Shown here one piece after another: positions 1 through 10,304 of a DNA stretch of 64,000 nucleotides. Below the pieces are notes generated by a model that worked only from the letters and a program-made list of their open reading frames with translations, ran no database searches and was not told where the DNA came from. The translations under genes were made by a program, and so were the position numbers. Source of the DNA: an uncultured delta proteobacterium (GTDB taxonomy: Bacteria > Desulfobacterota > Binatia > UBA9968); the NCBI GenBank assembly GCA_963755715.1, contig CAVWLW010000023.1:11396-75395 (forward strand), written 5' to 3'. Each line of letters starts with the position of its first letter. The stretch's first letter is position 1.

Positions 1-2
1 TT

Positions 3-797
3 TTACTGTTGCAGAGTGCCGGTTACCTCGGCACGCTCCATCCGGTAATAGTCTTGTCGTTGGTCATTGTGACCAGCATGGTGATCAGCGGGGTCGCGGC
101 GATGGCACTGGAGCGCATCGCTTATCGTCCGCTCCTCGGTGGACCGCGCCTCGTCGCGCTGATTTCCGCCATCGGCGCGTCCTTTTTTCTTCAAGACGGA
201 TTGCGATTGTTCGAGAGCCTGTGGCGCAATACCTTTTATCTAAGCTATCCGAGCCTGGATTTTCTCGATCGCGCCGTGCCGCTCACCGCTAACCTGGTCA
301 TCCCCGTAAAATCGATGCTGGTCATCGTCACGGCCTTGGCGACTCTTGCGGGGCTTCATTTCTTCGTCAACCGAACCCGATTGGGCATGGCGATACGCGC
401 CGTGGCGCAAGACCCGGATACCGCGTCGTTGATGGGAGTGCCGGTCAATCGGGTCATCGCTCTGACGTTTTTCGTTGGTGGCTCGCTCGGCGGGCTCGCC
501 GGCGTGCTTTTCGGCATTCACTATAGCCTGGTCAATCCTTACAGCGGTTTTATTCCCGGCATGAAGGCTTTCACCGCCGCCGTGCTCGGCGGCATCGGTA
601 ATATCCCCGGCGCGATGGTCGGCGGCATGATGCTCGGTCTGCTCGAGGCTTTCGCCGCGTCTTATCTTTCTTTGATGACCGACGGCGCGTTCGGCGCCGA
701 GTATAAAGACGTCGTCGCCTTCCTGGTGTTGATCCTGATTTTGATCTTTCGGCCGAAGGGCTTGCTCGGCGAGACGGTACGGGAGAGTAACGCGTGA
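3..797 (+). CDS. livH: Branched-chain amino acid ABC transporter permease LivH (5' end outside window)
   Basis: ERIAYRPL, RTRLGMAIRAVAQD and KAFTAAVLGGIGNIPGA motifs; first gene of livHMGF. Confidence 0.93.
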   Translation, partial: LLLQSAGYLGTLHPVIVLSLVIVTSMVISGVAAMALERIAYRPLLGGPRLVALISAIGASFFLQDGLRLFESLWRNTFYLSYPSLDFLDRAVPLTANLVIPVKSMLVIVTALATLAGLHFFVNRTRLGMAIRAVAQDPDTASLMGVPVNRVIALTFFVGGSLGGLAGVLFGIHYSLVNPYSGFIPGMKAFTAAVLGGIGNIPGAMVGGMMLGLLEAFAASYLSLMTDGAFGAEYKDVVAFLVLILILIFRPKGLLGETVRESNA

Positions 798-2041
798 GGC
801 GCTCGCTGGCCGGTTTGGGGCTCTGTGTTTATATCGCCGCCAGTTGTTTGCTGGCCTACTTCTTTCCGCAATCCGTTCTCGCTTTTTTACTGGTCGAAGC
901 CTCGCTTTTGCTGCTCTACTATATCGATGCGCCGCGCCAGATCAAAATTTTTCTCGGTGTCCTCGTGCTGGTCATACTTTTTCCTATCCTCGGCTGGGCG
1001 AACGGTTATTATCTCGAAATTGCGATTCAGATCGGCATCTTCGTTGCCTTGGCGCTCGGGCTTAACATCGTCGTCGGTTTCGTCGGGTTACTCAATCTCG
1101 GTTTTGTCGCTTTTTACGCCATTGGCGCTTATCTCTGGGCGATCTTCGGCTCGCCTCAAGCTAATGCGTTTATTCCAGGCAACCTGTTTCCGCTGTCGCC
1201 CAACTGGTTTTTTGTCTTTCTCGTCTTAAGTATTATCGTCGGCGCGTTGACCGGTTTTGTCTTGGGCTTGCCGGTTCTGCGCCTGCGCGGCGACTATCTC
1301 GCCATCGTCACTTTGGGCTTCGCCGAGGTCGTGCGCGCGCTGATGAACAATCTCGACAAGCCGGTGAATTTCACCAACGGCCCGAGAGGGATCGCGCCGA
1401 TCAGCAAGCCGCCGCTATTCTTTCAGCCAGTGCTGGAATTTTTCGGCTTGCAAGTCCCTGAAGCCAAGCTTTATCCGCTCTACTTTTATTTTCTAATTTT
1501 GTTCTTGGTCTGCCTCATCATTTGGGTCACCCGGCAGTTGGAAAACTCGCGCGTCGGGCGTGCCTGGAAAGCGATCCGTGAAGACGAGATTGCCGCCGCG
1601 GCCATGGGCGTTCCGGTGGTGCGCATGAAATTGCTTGGCTTCGCCGTCGGCGCGTCTTTCGCGGCTGCCGTCGGTGTGTTGTTCGCCGCCAAGCAAGTGT
1701 TTATCAATCCGGAGAGCTTTACTTTCATGGAATCGATCGGTGTTTTGGCGATGGTCATTCTCGGTGGCATGGGTTCGATCCCGGGCGCTATTCTCGGCGC
1801 TACCGGTGTCACGATACTCAATTTGCAGTTGCTCAAAGGCTTGTCGCTTTGGCTGAACGGACTGCGCCAATCGGGCGCAGTCCTGTCGATTCCATTACTC
1901 GGCAGTTATTCGCTGAGCCAGCTGCCGGCGCAGTTCGAACCGGCGAAATACGAGCGCATGGTGTTCGGCTTGATTTTGATTTTGATGATGATTTTTCGGC
2001 CACAGGGCGTGCTGCCGGCCGGTCGGGAGCGCAAGAAATAA
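794..2041 (+). CDS. livM: Branched-chain amino acid ABC transporter permease LivM
   Basis: ALGLNIVVGFVGLLNLG, LRLRGDYLAIVTLGF, GRAWKAIREDE. Confidence 0.93.
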   Translation: MRRSLAGLGLCVYIAASCLLAYFFPQSVLAFLLVEASLLLLYYIDAPRQIKIFLGVLVLVILFPILGWANGYYLEIAIQIGIFVALALGLNIVVGFVGLLNLGFVAFYAIGAYLWAIFGSPQANAFIPGNLFPLSPNWFFVFLVLSIIVGALTGFVLGLPVLRLRGDYLAIVTLGFAEVVRALMNNLDKPVNFTNGPRGIAPISKPPLFFQPVLEFFGLQVPEAKLYPLYFYFLILFLVCLIIWVTRQLENSRVGRAWKAIREDEIAAAAMGVPVVRMKLLGFAVGASFAAAVGVLFAAKQVFINPESFTFMESIGVLAMVILGGMGSIPGAILGATGVTILNLQLLKGLSLWLNGLRQSGAVLSIPLLGSYSLSQLPAQFEPAKYERMVFGLILILMMIFRPQGVLPAGRERKK

Positions 2042-2826
2042 TGGCGCTGCTCGAACTCCGCGCCATCTCGAAACGCTTCGGCGGCTTGCAAGCGCTGATG
2101 AACGTGAGCCTCGAGCTGGAAGAAGGTACAATCGCTTCACTGATCGGTCCCAATGGCGCAGGGAAAACGACGCTGTTTAATACTTTGACGGGGCTTTACC
2201 GGCCGGACCAAGGCGAAATTCATTTTCAAGAGCGTTCCTTGCTCGGCTTGAAGCCCGATAAAATAACTGCCGCCGGCATCAGCCGAACCTTTCAGAATAT
2301 CCGTTTGTTCTCGCACATGACGGTTTTGGAAAACGTCCTGGTCGGCATGCACTCGCGGCTGAAGACGAGCTTGCCATCGATTCTTTGCAACTCGAAGGTA
2401 TTTTCCAGCCAGGAACATGAGGCGCGCTGCCGCGCCATGGAGCTGATCGAGCTTACCGGACTCTGCGGCCGCGAAAATGAGTGGGCACAGCAGTTGTCTT
2501 ACGGTGAGCAACGCCGGCTTGAAATCGCCCGGGCACTAGCTGCGGCGCCGCAGCTCTTGCTGCTCGACGAACCGACGGCGGGCATGAACACCGGGGAGGC
2601 GCAGTCATTGATGGCGCTGTTTCGTGAACTGATCGGTAAGCACGTCAAGGCGATCCTGCTAATCGAGCACAATATGCGGGTGGTAATGGGGATCTCGCAC
2701 CGCGTGCACGTGCTCGACTACGGTGAAAAGATCGCCGAAGGAAATCCTGAAGATGTACGCAAGGACCCGCGCGTGATTGAAGCCTACCTGGGCCAAGGAT
2801 CGTGGATGGGGAATGCTCAAAGTTAA
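2041..2826 (+). CDS. livG: Branched-chain amino acid ABC transporter ATPase LivG
   Basis: ATG overlaps livM stop; Walker A GPNGAGKTT, LSYGEQRRLEIARAL, LLLLDEP. Confidence 0.93.
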   Translation: MALLELRAISKRFGGLQALMNVSLELEEGTIASLIGPNGAGKTTLFNTLTGLYRPDQGEIHFQERSLLGLKPDKITAAGISRTFQNIRLFSHMTVLENVLVGMHSRLKTSLPSILCNSKVFSSQEHEARCRAMELIELTGLCGRENEWAQQLSYGEQRRLEIARALAAAPQLLLLDEPTAGMNTGEAQSLMALFRELIGKHVKAILLIEHNMRVVMGISHRVHVLDYGEKIAEGNPEDVRKDPRVIEAYLGQGSWMGNAQS

Positions 2827-3514
2827 AGCCATCCATGTCTACTACGGCGCCATCCATGCGCTGAAGGGCGTGTCGTTTGAAGTTCAACAGGGCGAGCTGG
2901 TGACGTTGCTCGGCGCCAACGGCGCTGGAAAAACCACGACTCTCAAGACGGTGTCGGGATTGTTGCGACCCGCGCGCGGTTCGGTCGAGCTCGAAGGAAA
3001 AGCGCTGCACCGAATCGATGCCGATGAGATCGTTCGTCGCGGCGTCGCTCACGTGCCCGAGGGAAGGAAAGTTTTTCCACGCTTCACCGTGCTGGAAAAT
3101 CTCAAGATCGGCGGCTACACGCGTCCCAAGTCCGCGCTCGCGCCAGAGCTGGATTTTGCGTTCCAAATGTTTCCGCGTTTAAAGGAGCGGCAAAAACAAT
3201 ACGCCGGCACTCTGTCCGGCGGCGAGCAGCAAATGCTCGCGATCGCCCGGGCATTGATGGCCAAGCCGAAGCTCTTACTGCTCGATGAACCGTCCATGGG
3301 CTTGGCGCCCAAGATCGTCGAGCTGATACTTGAGAATATCCAGAAGATTAATGCAGCGGGCGTTACCGTCTTACTGGTCGAGCAAAACGCGGCAATGGCG
3401 CTGGCGATCTCGCATCGAGGTTATGTGTTGGAAACCGGCGAGGTCATACTCGAGGGAACTGCCAGAGACCTTGCCGGGAATGATTTGGTACGCCAGGCGT
3501 ATTTGGGCGGATAA
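2813..3514 (+). CDS. livF: Branched-chain amino acid ABC transporter ATPase LivF
   Basis: GANGAGKTT, HVPEGR, LSGGEQQMLA, LDEPSMGLAP. Confidence 0.94.
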   Translation: MLKVKAIHVYYGAIHALKGVSFEVQQGELVTLLGANGAGKTTTLKTVSGLLRPARGSVELEGKALHRIDADEIVRRGVAHVPEGRKVFPRFTVLENLKIGGYTRPKSALAPELDFAFQMFPRLKERQKQYAGTLSGGEQQMLAIARALMAKPKLLLLDEPSMGLAPKIVELILENIQKINAAGVTVLLVEQNAAMALAISHRGYVLETGEVILEGTARDLAGNDLVRQAYLGG

Positions 3515-3566
3515 ATAAATTTTGCCGTCTTTAAAGGGCGGCGTCGAACGGTTAAACTCAAAACCA

Positions 3567-4280
3567 GTGCAATATCGAACGCGACAAGTATCATTTGGTC
3601 CAGGCACGGTGACGCCCGCGGTCAAATTTCTCCTGATCGCCAATACCGCGGTTTTCGTCGTGCAAACGCTGCTCGGCGCCGTGACCGACTACCAGTTGAC
3701 GCTTGATTTCGGTCTGGTGCCGCCGCTCGTCCTGCACGAGTTTTACATTTGGCAGTTGTTTACCTACCAGTTTCTCCACGGCGGGCTATTCCATCTTCTT
3801 TTCAATATGCTCGCCGTGTGGATGTTCGGCTGCGATCTGGAGCGGCGTTGGGGCAGCAATTTTTTTCTGCGCTATTATTTTATTACTGTCATCGGCGGCG
3901 GCATTCTCAATACGCTCTTCGTGCCCAATCAGATGGGGCCAAGCATCGGTGCCTCGGCGGGAGTTTACGGCATTCTACTCGCTTACGGTTTGATCTATCC
4001 CAACCGCATCGTCTATTTTTATTTTCTCTTTCCGATCAAGATGAAACACTTCGTCTGGATCATCGGCGCCATCGCCCTCTATTCCTCGATCACGGCCGGC
4101 CAAAGCGGCATCGCGCACCTGGCCCACCTCGGCGGCATGGTCTTCGGCTATATTTATTTGCGCGGCTTCAATCCGTGGGAGCGCTTCAAAGACTACCGCG
4201 ACCGCCGCCGCCTCACCCGTCTCAAACGCCGCTTTCAGATTCATACCGGCGGCAAAGATGACGGGCCGACCGTACACTGA
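3567..4280 (+). CDS. Rhomboid family intramembrane serine protease
   Basis: WQLFTYQFLHGG, HLLFNM, catalytic GASAG and AHLGG; GTG start is inferred. Confidence 0.88.
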   Translation: MQYRTRQVSFGPGTVTPAVKFLLIANTAVFVVQTLLGAVTDYQLTLDFGLVPPLVLHEFYIWQLFTYQFLHGGLFHLLFNMLAVWMFGCDLERRWGSNFFLRYYFITVIGGGILNTLFVPNQMGPSIGASAGVYGILLAYGLIYPNRIVYFYFLFPIKMKHFVWIIGAIALYSSITAGQSGIAHLAHLGGMVFGYIYLRGFNPWERFKDYRDRRRLTRLKRRFQIHTGGKDDGPTVH

Positions 4281-4328
4281 AAAAAGCCGCGCCTCCAGAT
4301 TTGCGCGTGCGCCCTGCGGCCGGCAAGC

Positions 4329-5195
4329 CTAGAGTTTTTCCCACGAAATTAAGAACACTCCCAAGATCACGAGCAGCACTGCGCCGATTTTCCGTGGCGT
4401 CAGTTGTTCGACGTCCTTTAGAAAGAGTGCCGAGAGCGGCAATACGAACAGCGAGGAGCCGTTGATCAATGGCGAGATGATCGATACCCGTTCCATGCTG
4501 AGCGCGGTGTAGGCGAAGGCGTAAGAAAGAAAGTTCATGAAGCCGGCGGCGGCGAAGAATTTCAGGCCGCGCGGGGCGGATTCGGCAAGCGGTTTTTTTT
4601 CTTCGAGGGCCAGATACATGAGCGTCATGGTTACAAACGAGGTGGTTGCGGCGATGGATGCGCCGAGGATTGGCGCGTGAATATGGACGACGCCGATCCG
4701 AACGAGATTGTCGCGCGCCGCGAACAGGAAAGCCGCCGCGAGAGGAAACAGAAGATCCCGCGTTTGCCAAGTTTTCGCCGTTCCACGCCAGGAGAGCGAG
4801 ATGATTCCGGAGACGATGGTGAACGTACCCAAAAGATTGGTCACGCTGGGTCGCTCGTGAAGAAATAATACCGCGATCAGCGTGGCGAAGAGCGGCGTGC
4901 TATTCGTCAAACAGGAGGATATCGACGCGCCGAGCCGCTCCATGCCTTTGAAAATGAAATAACGGGCTATCCCGGGAACGAAGACCCCAATCATCACGAA
5001 AAGCAGATTGGCCGGCTCCCAAAGATCGATTCTGTCGGTAAAAATCAAAACGTAAATCCAAAGGAACAGCGCATTGACCCCGAGGTTCGTCAGCAGGCCA
5101 CGAAAATAGTCAACCGAGAGGACGCCGCGGTTGATGAGAACCATCGAAACGGCGAACCAAAATGAGCCAAAAAGGCCAAGGAGAATGGCGAGCAT
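4329..5195 (-). CDS. DMT/EamA family transporter
   Basis: About 10 hydrophobic helices, with duplicated LFLHERP / LFLKDVEQ EamA ends. Confidence 0.85.
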   Translation of the reverse strand: MLAILLGLFGSFWFAVSMVLINRGVLSVDYFRGLLTNLGVNALFLWIYVLIFTDRIDLWEPANLLFVMIGVFVPGIARYFIFKGMERLGASISSCLTNSTPLFATLIAVLFLHERPSVTNLLGTFTIVSGIISLSWRGTAKTWQTRDLLFPLAAAFLFAARDNLVRIGVVHIHAPILGASIAATTSFVTMTLMYLALEEKKPLAESAPRGLKFFAAAGFMNFLSYAFAYTALSMERVSIISPLINGSSLFVLPLSALFLKDVEQLTPRKIGAVLLVILGVFLISWEKL

Positions 5196-5368
5196 GCTTC
5201 GCCCGCGACCTTACCCTGCGCCGGTTGGTCGTACAAATGGCGAAGCGTGAAAGGGCCGTCGCGGAAAATCATGGTAATGAAATTCACATTCAAACGTCTA
5301 ACAGAGAGGCGAAAAGGATTAGTGGTCGGTGCTATCGAGGATCACAGTTGCCCAAGTCGGGAGGCAAA

Positions 5369-5763
5369 ATGAAGCGACTGTTGGTTTTGGCGATAACACT
5401 TGCGGGTCTATTTTACTTCCCAAGCCCATCGGCAGCCGGACAAGGCCACGTGATGTTTCAATCGAGCGGCGTCATTTTCAAGCCAGCGCCGCGCGCCGGG
5501 GTGACACCGAACCGACCCTTCTATCGCCGCGGCTATCCCGTTTCGCCCTATTCTTATCCACCGATTCCGCTCATCCCGCCTTACGCAAGCGCTTGCTACT
5601 TGCCGTCTTCGGTCGTCATCACAGCGCCGTATCTTTGTATTTTACACAACGAAGCTTTTGTCAGTCGGATCGGCATGATCGATCACCTGGCGGGCATGCA
5701 CGGGATGCCGCTGCATCGATCTGTCCCGACGCTGCGGCCAATTGTATTTTTCCGTCCTATTAA
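5369..5763 (+). CDS. Small secreted Pro-rich protein with Cys/His motif (apparent frameshift near 5710)
   Basis: GGGAGG RBS, signal peptide MKRLLVLAITLAGLF; C-terminus probably continues in another frame as AASICPDAAANCIFPSY. Confidence 0.5.
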
Positions 5764-5863
5764 GTTTCTCTTAACCGCTACTTTTACTCGTTTTGCACTG
5801 CTAGGGTGATGTGCTACGAATGTGAAATTGCCTGCTTGCCGGGCGAACGCTTCTGGATATTTT

Positions 5864-7177
5864 ATGGCGGAAAAAATCTTCACGTCTGCAGAATTGTACG
5901 AAGCCTGGCCGGTGCTGTCATTGGAGGAGCGCGTCGAAGGATTTGAATTTTTAAAACGCGATGACGCCGATGATTTCTTTTTGCAATTAAATGCGCGCGA
6001 TCGCGCGGAGCTTCTATTGGCTTTGCCGCCCGGTGAGCGGCGCTTGTGGATGCGCTTGCTGGCGCCAGATGACGCCGCGGATGTTATTCAAGAAGCGCCC
6101 GCCGAAGAGCGCGAAAGTATGTTGTCGCTGCTCGACGACCAGACCCGCAGGGAAGTGAAAGGGCTTCTCGACTACGCCGAGGATGAAGCGGGCGGCTTGA
6201 TGAACACGCGCTACTCCCGTTTGCGCGCGGACATGACCGTGGACGAGGCGATCAGCTACCTGCGCAAGGACGCGCGCATGCGCGAAAAAACGGTTTACTA
6301 CGTTTTTGTCGTCGATGCTCAAGAACATCTGCACGGCGTGGTCTCATTCCGAGATCTGCTCGTTTCTCCGGGTGACAAACTTGTCCAAGACGTGATGCGC
6401 ACGGACGTGATCTCGGCGCCGGAAGACTTGGACCAAGAAGCGCTGAGTCAGCTTTTCATGCGCCATCATCTGTTAATGATGCCGGTCGTGGACGCCGAAG
6501 GGCGCATCAAAGGCGTGGTCAACGTCAACGACATCGTTGACGTCGTTCAAGAGGAAGCGACCGAAGACATTCAAAAACTCGGCGCCGTCGAAACGCTCCA
6601 AGGGCCTTACCTGCAGGTTCCGTTGCCGCGCATGATCCGCAAGCGCGCCGGTTGGTTGGCCGCGCTTTTTCTCGGTGAAATGCTGACCGCGACCGCGATG
6701 GGACAATTTGAAGCCGAAATCGCCCACGCCGTGGTGTTGGCGTTATTCGTGCCGCTGATCATCAGCAGCGGCGGCAATTCCGGTGCGCAAGCGACCACAC
6801 TGGTCATTCGCGCCATGGCGTTGGGAGAAGTGCGGCTGCGCGACTGGTGGCGGGTGATCCGGCGTGAAGTGATCACGGGCTTCGGTTTGGGCGCCATACT
6901 CGCTTCCATCGGCATGGTGCGCATTCTACTCTGGCAATTTCTCTTTAACGCCTACGGCGATCATTACTTTCTCGTCGCGCTGACCGTTGCTTTCAGTTTG
7001 GTCGGCGTCGTCTTGTGGGGCTCCGTCGCCGGTTCGATCCTGCCGTTCATCTTGCGTGGTTTGGGTTTCGACCCGGCGAGCGCGTCAGCGCCGTTCGTCG
7101 CGACTCTGGTCGACGTAACCGGTTTGGTGATCTATTTCTCGATCGCCGCGGTAGTGCTGAACGGCACTCTGTTGTAG
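5864..7177 (+). CDS. mgtE: Magnesium transporter MgtE
   Basis: N domain, CBS pair, SSGGNSGAQ, DPASASAPFVATLVD. Confidence 0.95.
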   Translation: MAEKIFTSAELYEAWPVLSLEERVEGFEFLKRDDADDFFLQLNARDRAELLLALPPGERRLWMRLLAPDDAADVIQEAPAEERESMLSLLDDQTRREVKGLLDYAEDEAGGLMNTRYSRLRADMTVDEAISYLRKDARMREKTVYYVFVVDAQEHLHGVVSFRDLLVSPGDKLVQDVMRTDVISAPEDLDQEALSQLFMRHHLLMMPVVDAEGRIKGVVNVNDIVDVVQEEATEDIQKLGAVETLQGPYLQVPLPRMIRKRAGWLAALFLGEMLTATAMGQFEAEIAHAVVLALFVPLIISSGGNSGAQATTLVIRAMALGEVRLRDWWRVIRREVITGFGLGAILASIGMVRILLWQFLFNAYGDHYFLVALTVAFSLVGVVLWGSVAGSILPFILRGLGFDPASASAPFVATLVDVTGLVIYFSIAAVVLNGTLL

Positions 7178-7315
7178 CTTGGATCGAGCGAACGAATTGC
7201 ATCGCCAGGGCGCGCCGCCAAGCTAAACATCTCGCCTCCCACAACACTCACACCTACTTTTTCGCTTGCCATGATTGAGATATGCTTTCGATCAGCGATA
7301 GTACACGCGGACGCC

Positions 7316-8698
7316 ATGAGCAACATTGCCAGCAAACTTGCGAAGGTAATCAATCCGGCAAGGATTGTCGCGGATTCCTCCATGCTCGACGAGCTTTCCT
7401 GGGATGCGCTCAGCGAGGGGCGCATGCACCCGAACCATCATCCCGAGCTGCGCACGCCACTCTGCGCCGTCAAACCACAATCGACGGAGGAGGTGCGCCG
7501 CATCGTCCAGTTCGCCAACGCGGAAAAAATCGCACTGGTGCCTTTCGGTGGCGGTTCAGGACTGATGGGTGGCGCCATTCCGATCCGGCCCAGCCTGGCC
7601 ATCGATCTGCGCGACTTGAAACAAATTGTCGAGATCGATATCGCCGCGCGTTCCGCCCGCGTCCAAGCCGGAGTCGTGCTCGAAGCGCTGGACGCAAGAC
7701 TAAATGAGCTGGGCTATATTCTCGGCCACGATCCATGGACGGTTCCAGTTGCCACTATCGGCGGCGCGATCTCGACCAACAGTGTCGGCTATCGCGCGGG
7801 TGTTTACGGTTCGATGGGCGAGCAGGTTTTGGGCTTGGAAGCTGTGCTACCGAATGGCGAAATCCTGCGCACGCGACCGGTATCGAAACATTCGGCGGGC
7901 ATCGATCTCAATGCGCTTCTGATCGGTGGCGAAGGCTGCTTCGGGGTGATCACCGAAGCGACGATCCGCATTTTCCCAAAGCCGCAAGCGCGGGTTTTTC
8001 GCGGGTTTCTCTTTTTTTCTTTTGAACAGGGGTTCGCGGCGATCCAGAAAATGTTTCATGAGCGGATCGAACCGGCGTTGCTCGATTTCGGCGACGATGA
8101 AGAAAAGCACGACCCCGGGGCGTTGTTGTACCTGGTCTTCGAGGGCAACGAAAAAATAGTTACGACGGAAGCAAATCTAGCGGCGGCGATCTGTACTGCC
8201 GGCGGCGGTGAGCCGCTCGACCGCGCGGAACCGGAGCAGTTCTGGCTCGAGCGTCATGAAATCGCGCGCCGCTTCATGCAGAACCGCCGCCAGCGCCGAG
8301 AACGCGGTCGAGACGGCATCTATCGGGATTGGATTCATGTTGCGCTGCCGGCATCGAAGGTTCTGGCGTTTAAAATTGCCGCGCAAAAGTTGATTCAAAG
8401 CCGCGGTGTGCGGCTTCAGGAAAGCGGTTTGTGGGTGCAACCGGAGCTGTTTTCCATGCGCTTGGGCGCCGACGAACACACGACACCAAACGCCCAATTG
8501 GTATTGGAGGAAACCGTCGAGGAATTGCTGCGCTTGGTGCAGCAGATGGGCGGTTCGATGGAATACACGCACGGCGTCGGCTTCAAACTGGCGCCGCTCA
8601 TGGCTGAGGAGCACGGCTACGGCTTGGAAGTGATGCGGCAAATCAAGAAGACGCTTGATCCCAACAATATTATGAATCCGGGAAAGCTCGGACTGTGA
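7316..8698 (+). CDS. FAD-linked oxidase (GlcD / alkyl-DHAP synthase-like)
   Basis: PFGGGSG, ATIGGAI, GGEGCFGVIT, EYTHGVG, DPNNIMNPGK. Confidence 0.87.
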   Translation: MSNIASKLAKVINPARIVADSSMLDELSWDALSEGRMHPNHHPELRTPLCAVKPQSTEEVRRIVQFANAEKIALVPFGGGSGLMGGAIPIRPSLAIDLRDLKQIVEIDIAARSARVQAGVVLEALDARLNELGYILGHDPWTVPVATIGGAISTNSVGYRAGVYGSMGEQVLGLEAVLPNGEILRTRPVSKHSAGIDLNALLIGGEGCFGVITEATIRIFPKPQARVFRGFLFFSFEQGFAAIQKMFHERIEPALLDFGDDEEKHDPGALLYLVFEGNEKIVTTEANLAAAICTAGGGEPLDRAEPEQFWLERHEIARRFMQNRRQRRERGRDGIYRDWIHVALPASKVLAFKIAAQKLIQSRGVRLQESGLWVQPELFSMRLGADEHTTPNAQLVLEETVEELLRLVQQMGGSMEYTHGVGFKLAPLMAEEHGYGLEVMRQIKKTLDPNNIMNPGKLGL

Positions 8699-9000
8699 TC
8701 GGAAAACGACGCGGCTGGCGCGCCATCCAGCAGAGCGGATGAGCCAGGAGATGCTGTTGCAGCTTGGCTGCGTCGAACTCGGCGTCGCCCTCGGGCGCAA
8801 TCCCACGCTGGCGAACCAGTCAAACCTTTTCCCAATTGTTTAAGGCCCTCGTCAATGCGTGCCGAACTCCGCTGGAAGTGACCATAAATCCGGCTTTGAC
8901 AACGCTGACAAATCCAGATAAGTAAATCAGTGAAGGTGTTCTTTGGGAGTGAGCAGATTAAGACTAAAACGATTCATAGCCGCTAGAGTTTCAGTACCAG

Positions 9001-9030
9001 AAATGCACCCAAACGGGTGCATTTTTTTTT
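9001..9030 (+). terminator. Intrinsic terminator hairpin directly upstream of the zinc-ribbon gene
   Basis: AAATGCACCC-AAAC-GGGTGCATTT followed by a T run. Confidence 0.75.
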
Positions 9031-9049
9031 CTAATCGGAGGATTGAAAG

Positions 9050-9775
9050 TTGCACGCACAGATCGAAATTTTGGCCTCGTTGCAAACTGTTGACCGCGAG
9101 ATAAAAGAACAAACCGGTCGCAAACAAAGGTTACTCGACGAGCTTCGGGTTACCGAGAAACAAATACAGAGCAAAAAGGGCGAAATCGATGCGCTAAACG
9201 CAATTTATGTCGAGAGGGAAAAAGCGCGCGTCGAAAAAGACCGGATCTTCCAGGACGAGGGCAAAAAAGCGATGGACAAGCGGATGCGCATGAACCGCAT
9301 CAAAAACACCAAAGAGTTGCAGGCGCTACAACGTGAAATCGAGCTGATGCGACAAACCAACGGGGACCTCGAGGAAGATCTAATCAGAATCATGCAGGAG
9401 ATCGATGCTGTCAAGGCTCAGATCCAGACAAAGCAATCGGAAATGGCGGCGATACAGGAAGAATGGCATAAAAAACAAGGAGAGCTGCAGGTGGAGATCA
9501 GTGGCATCGACGCGGCCGTCTCCGAAGCGGCCACACGCCGGCAGAGCATCGCATCGCAGGTCACCGGTGACTTGATTTCCCGCTATGAGCTGATTTTTTC
9601 TCGGCGTGGTGGAACAGCCGTAGTGGAAGTTGCGGGGGGGATATGCCAAGGATGTTACATGAATCTGCCGCCGCAGCTATGGAACGAGATCATCCGAAAC
9701 GAAAAAGTTCATCTATGCCCGAGCTGCCAGCGCATCCTTTTCGTCAAACCGCCGAATAGCGGCGCAGAGCATTAA
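9050..9775 (+). CDS. CT398-like coiled-coil / C4 zinc-ribbon protein (COG1579)
   Basis: GGAGG RBS with TTG start; long coiled coil, CQGC...CPSCQRIL. Confidence 0.88.
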   Translation: MHAQIEILASLQTVDREIKEQTGRKQRLLDELRVTEKQIQSKKGEIDALNAIYVEREKARVEKDRIFQDEGKKAMDKRMRMNRIKNTKELQALQREIELMRQTNGDLEEDLIRIMQEIDAVKAQIQTKQSEMAAIQEEWHKKQGELQVEISGIDAAVSEAATRRQSIASQVTGDLISRYELIFSRRGGTAVVEVAGGICQGCYMNLPPQLWNEIIRNEKVHLCPSCQRILFVKPPNSGAEH

Positions 9776-9928
9776 AGATCTTTTCTCCCTTCGTTGAATT
9801 GTTTGTGCCGCGCGGCGCGCGTGACCTGTTTCTTGCTTGCGCGCCCGTGGCGTTCGCCAGTTTGAGATCTTTTATTGTCCACACACTCTTCGCACAGCAG
9901 AGTCAAAATTATTATTGACGGATAAATT

Positions 9929-10304
9929 CATGGCGGAACCCTCAGCGGAATAGCTTGATGGTCGACGGCGTGGTGATTCTCGATGAAAATGGCGTGGGGT
10001 CACTACCTCGTCGCGCCACGAATAATGTCGCCGAATATGGTTGATGGGCCTCGAAGCGCTCATTCGACTGGGGCGAAAAAATATCGTCGTGCAAAGTGAT
10101 TCCCAACTGTTGGTGCGCCAGTTGAATGGTGAGTATCGGGTCAAAGACGAAAAGCTCAAAGAGCTATTTCAGCGCGCCGTGAGTTTGTTGCGGCAGTTCG
10201 ACTCGTATCGTATTGTTCACGTGCGCCGCGAATTTAACAAATTGGCTGATCGGATGGCCAATCGGGGCATTGACGAAGCGGTGAAAAGCAATATTGCGGG
10301 CTAA
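9929..10304 (+). pseudogene. rnhA: Ribonuclease HI family gene with degraded 5' half
   Basis: Fragments LMVDG, VILDENG, RATNNVAEY split by deletions; intact SDSQLLVRQ and HVRREFNKLADRMAN. Confidence 0.75.
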
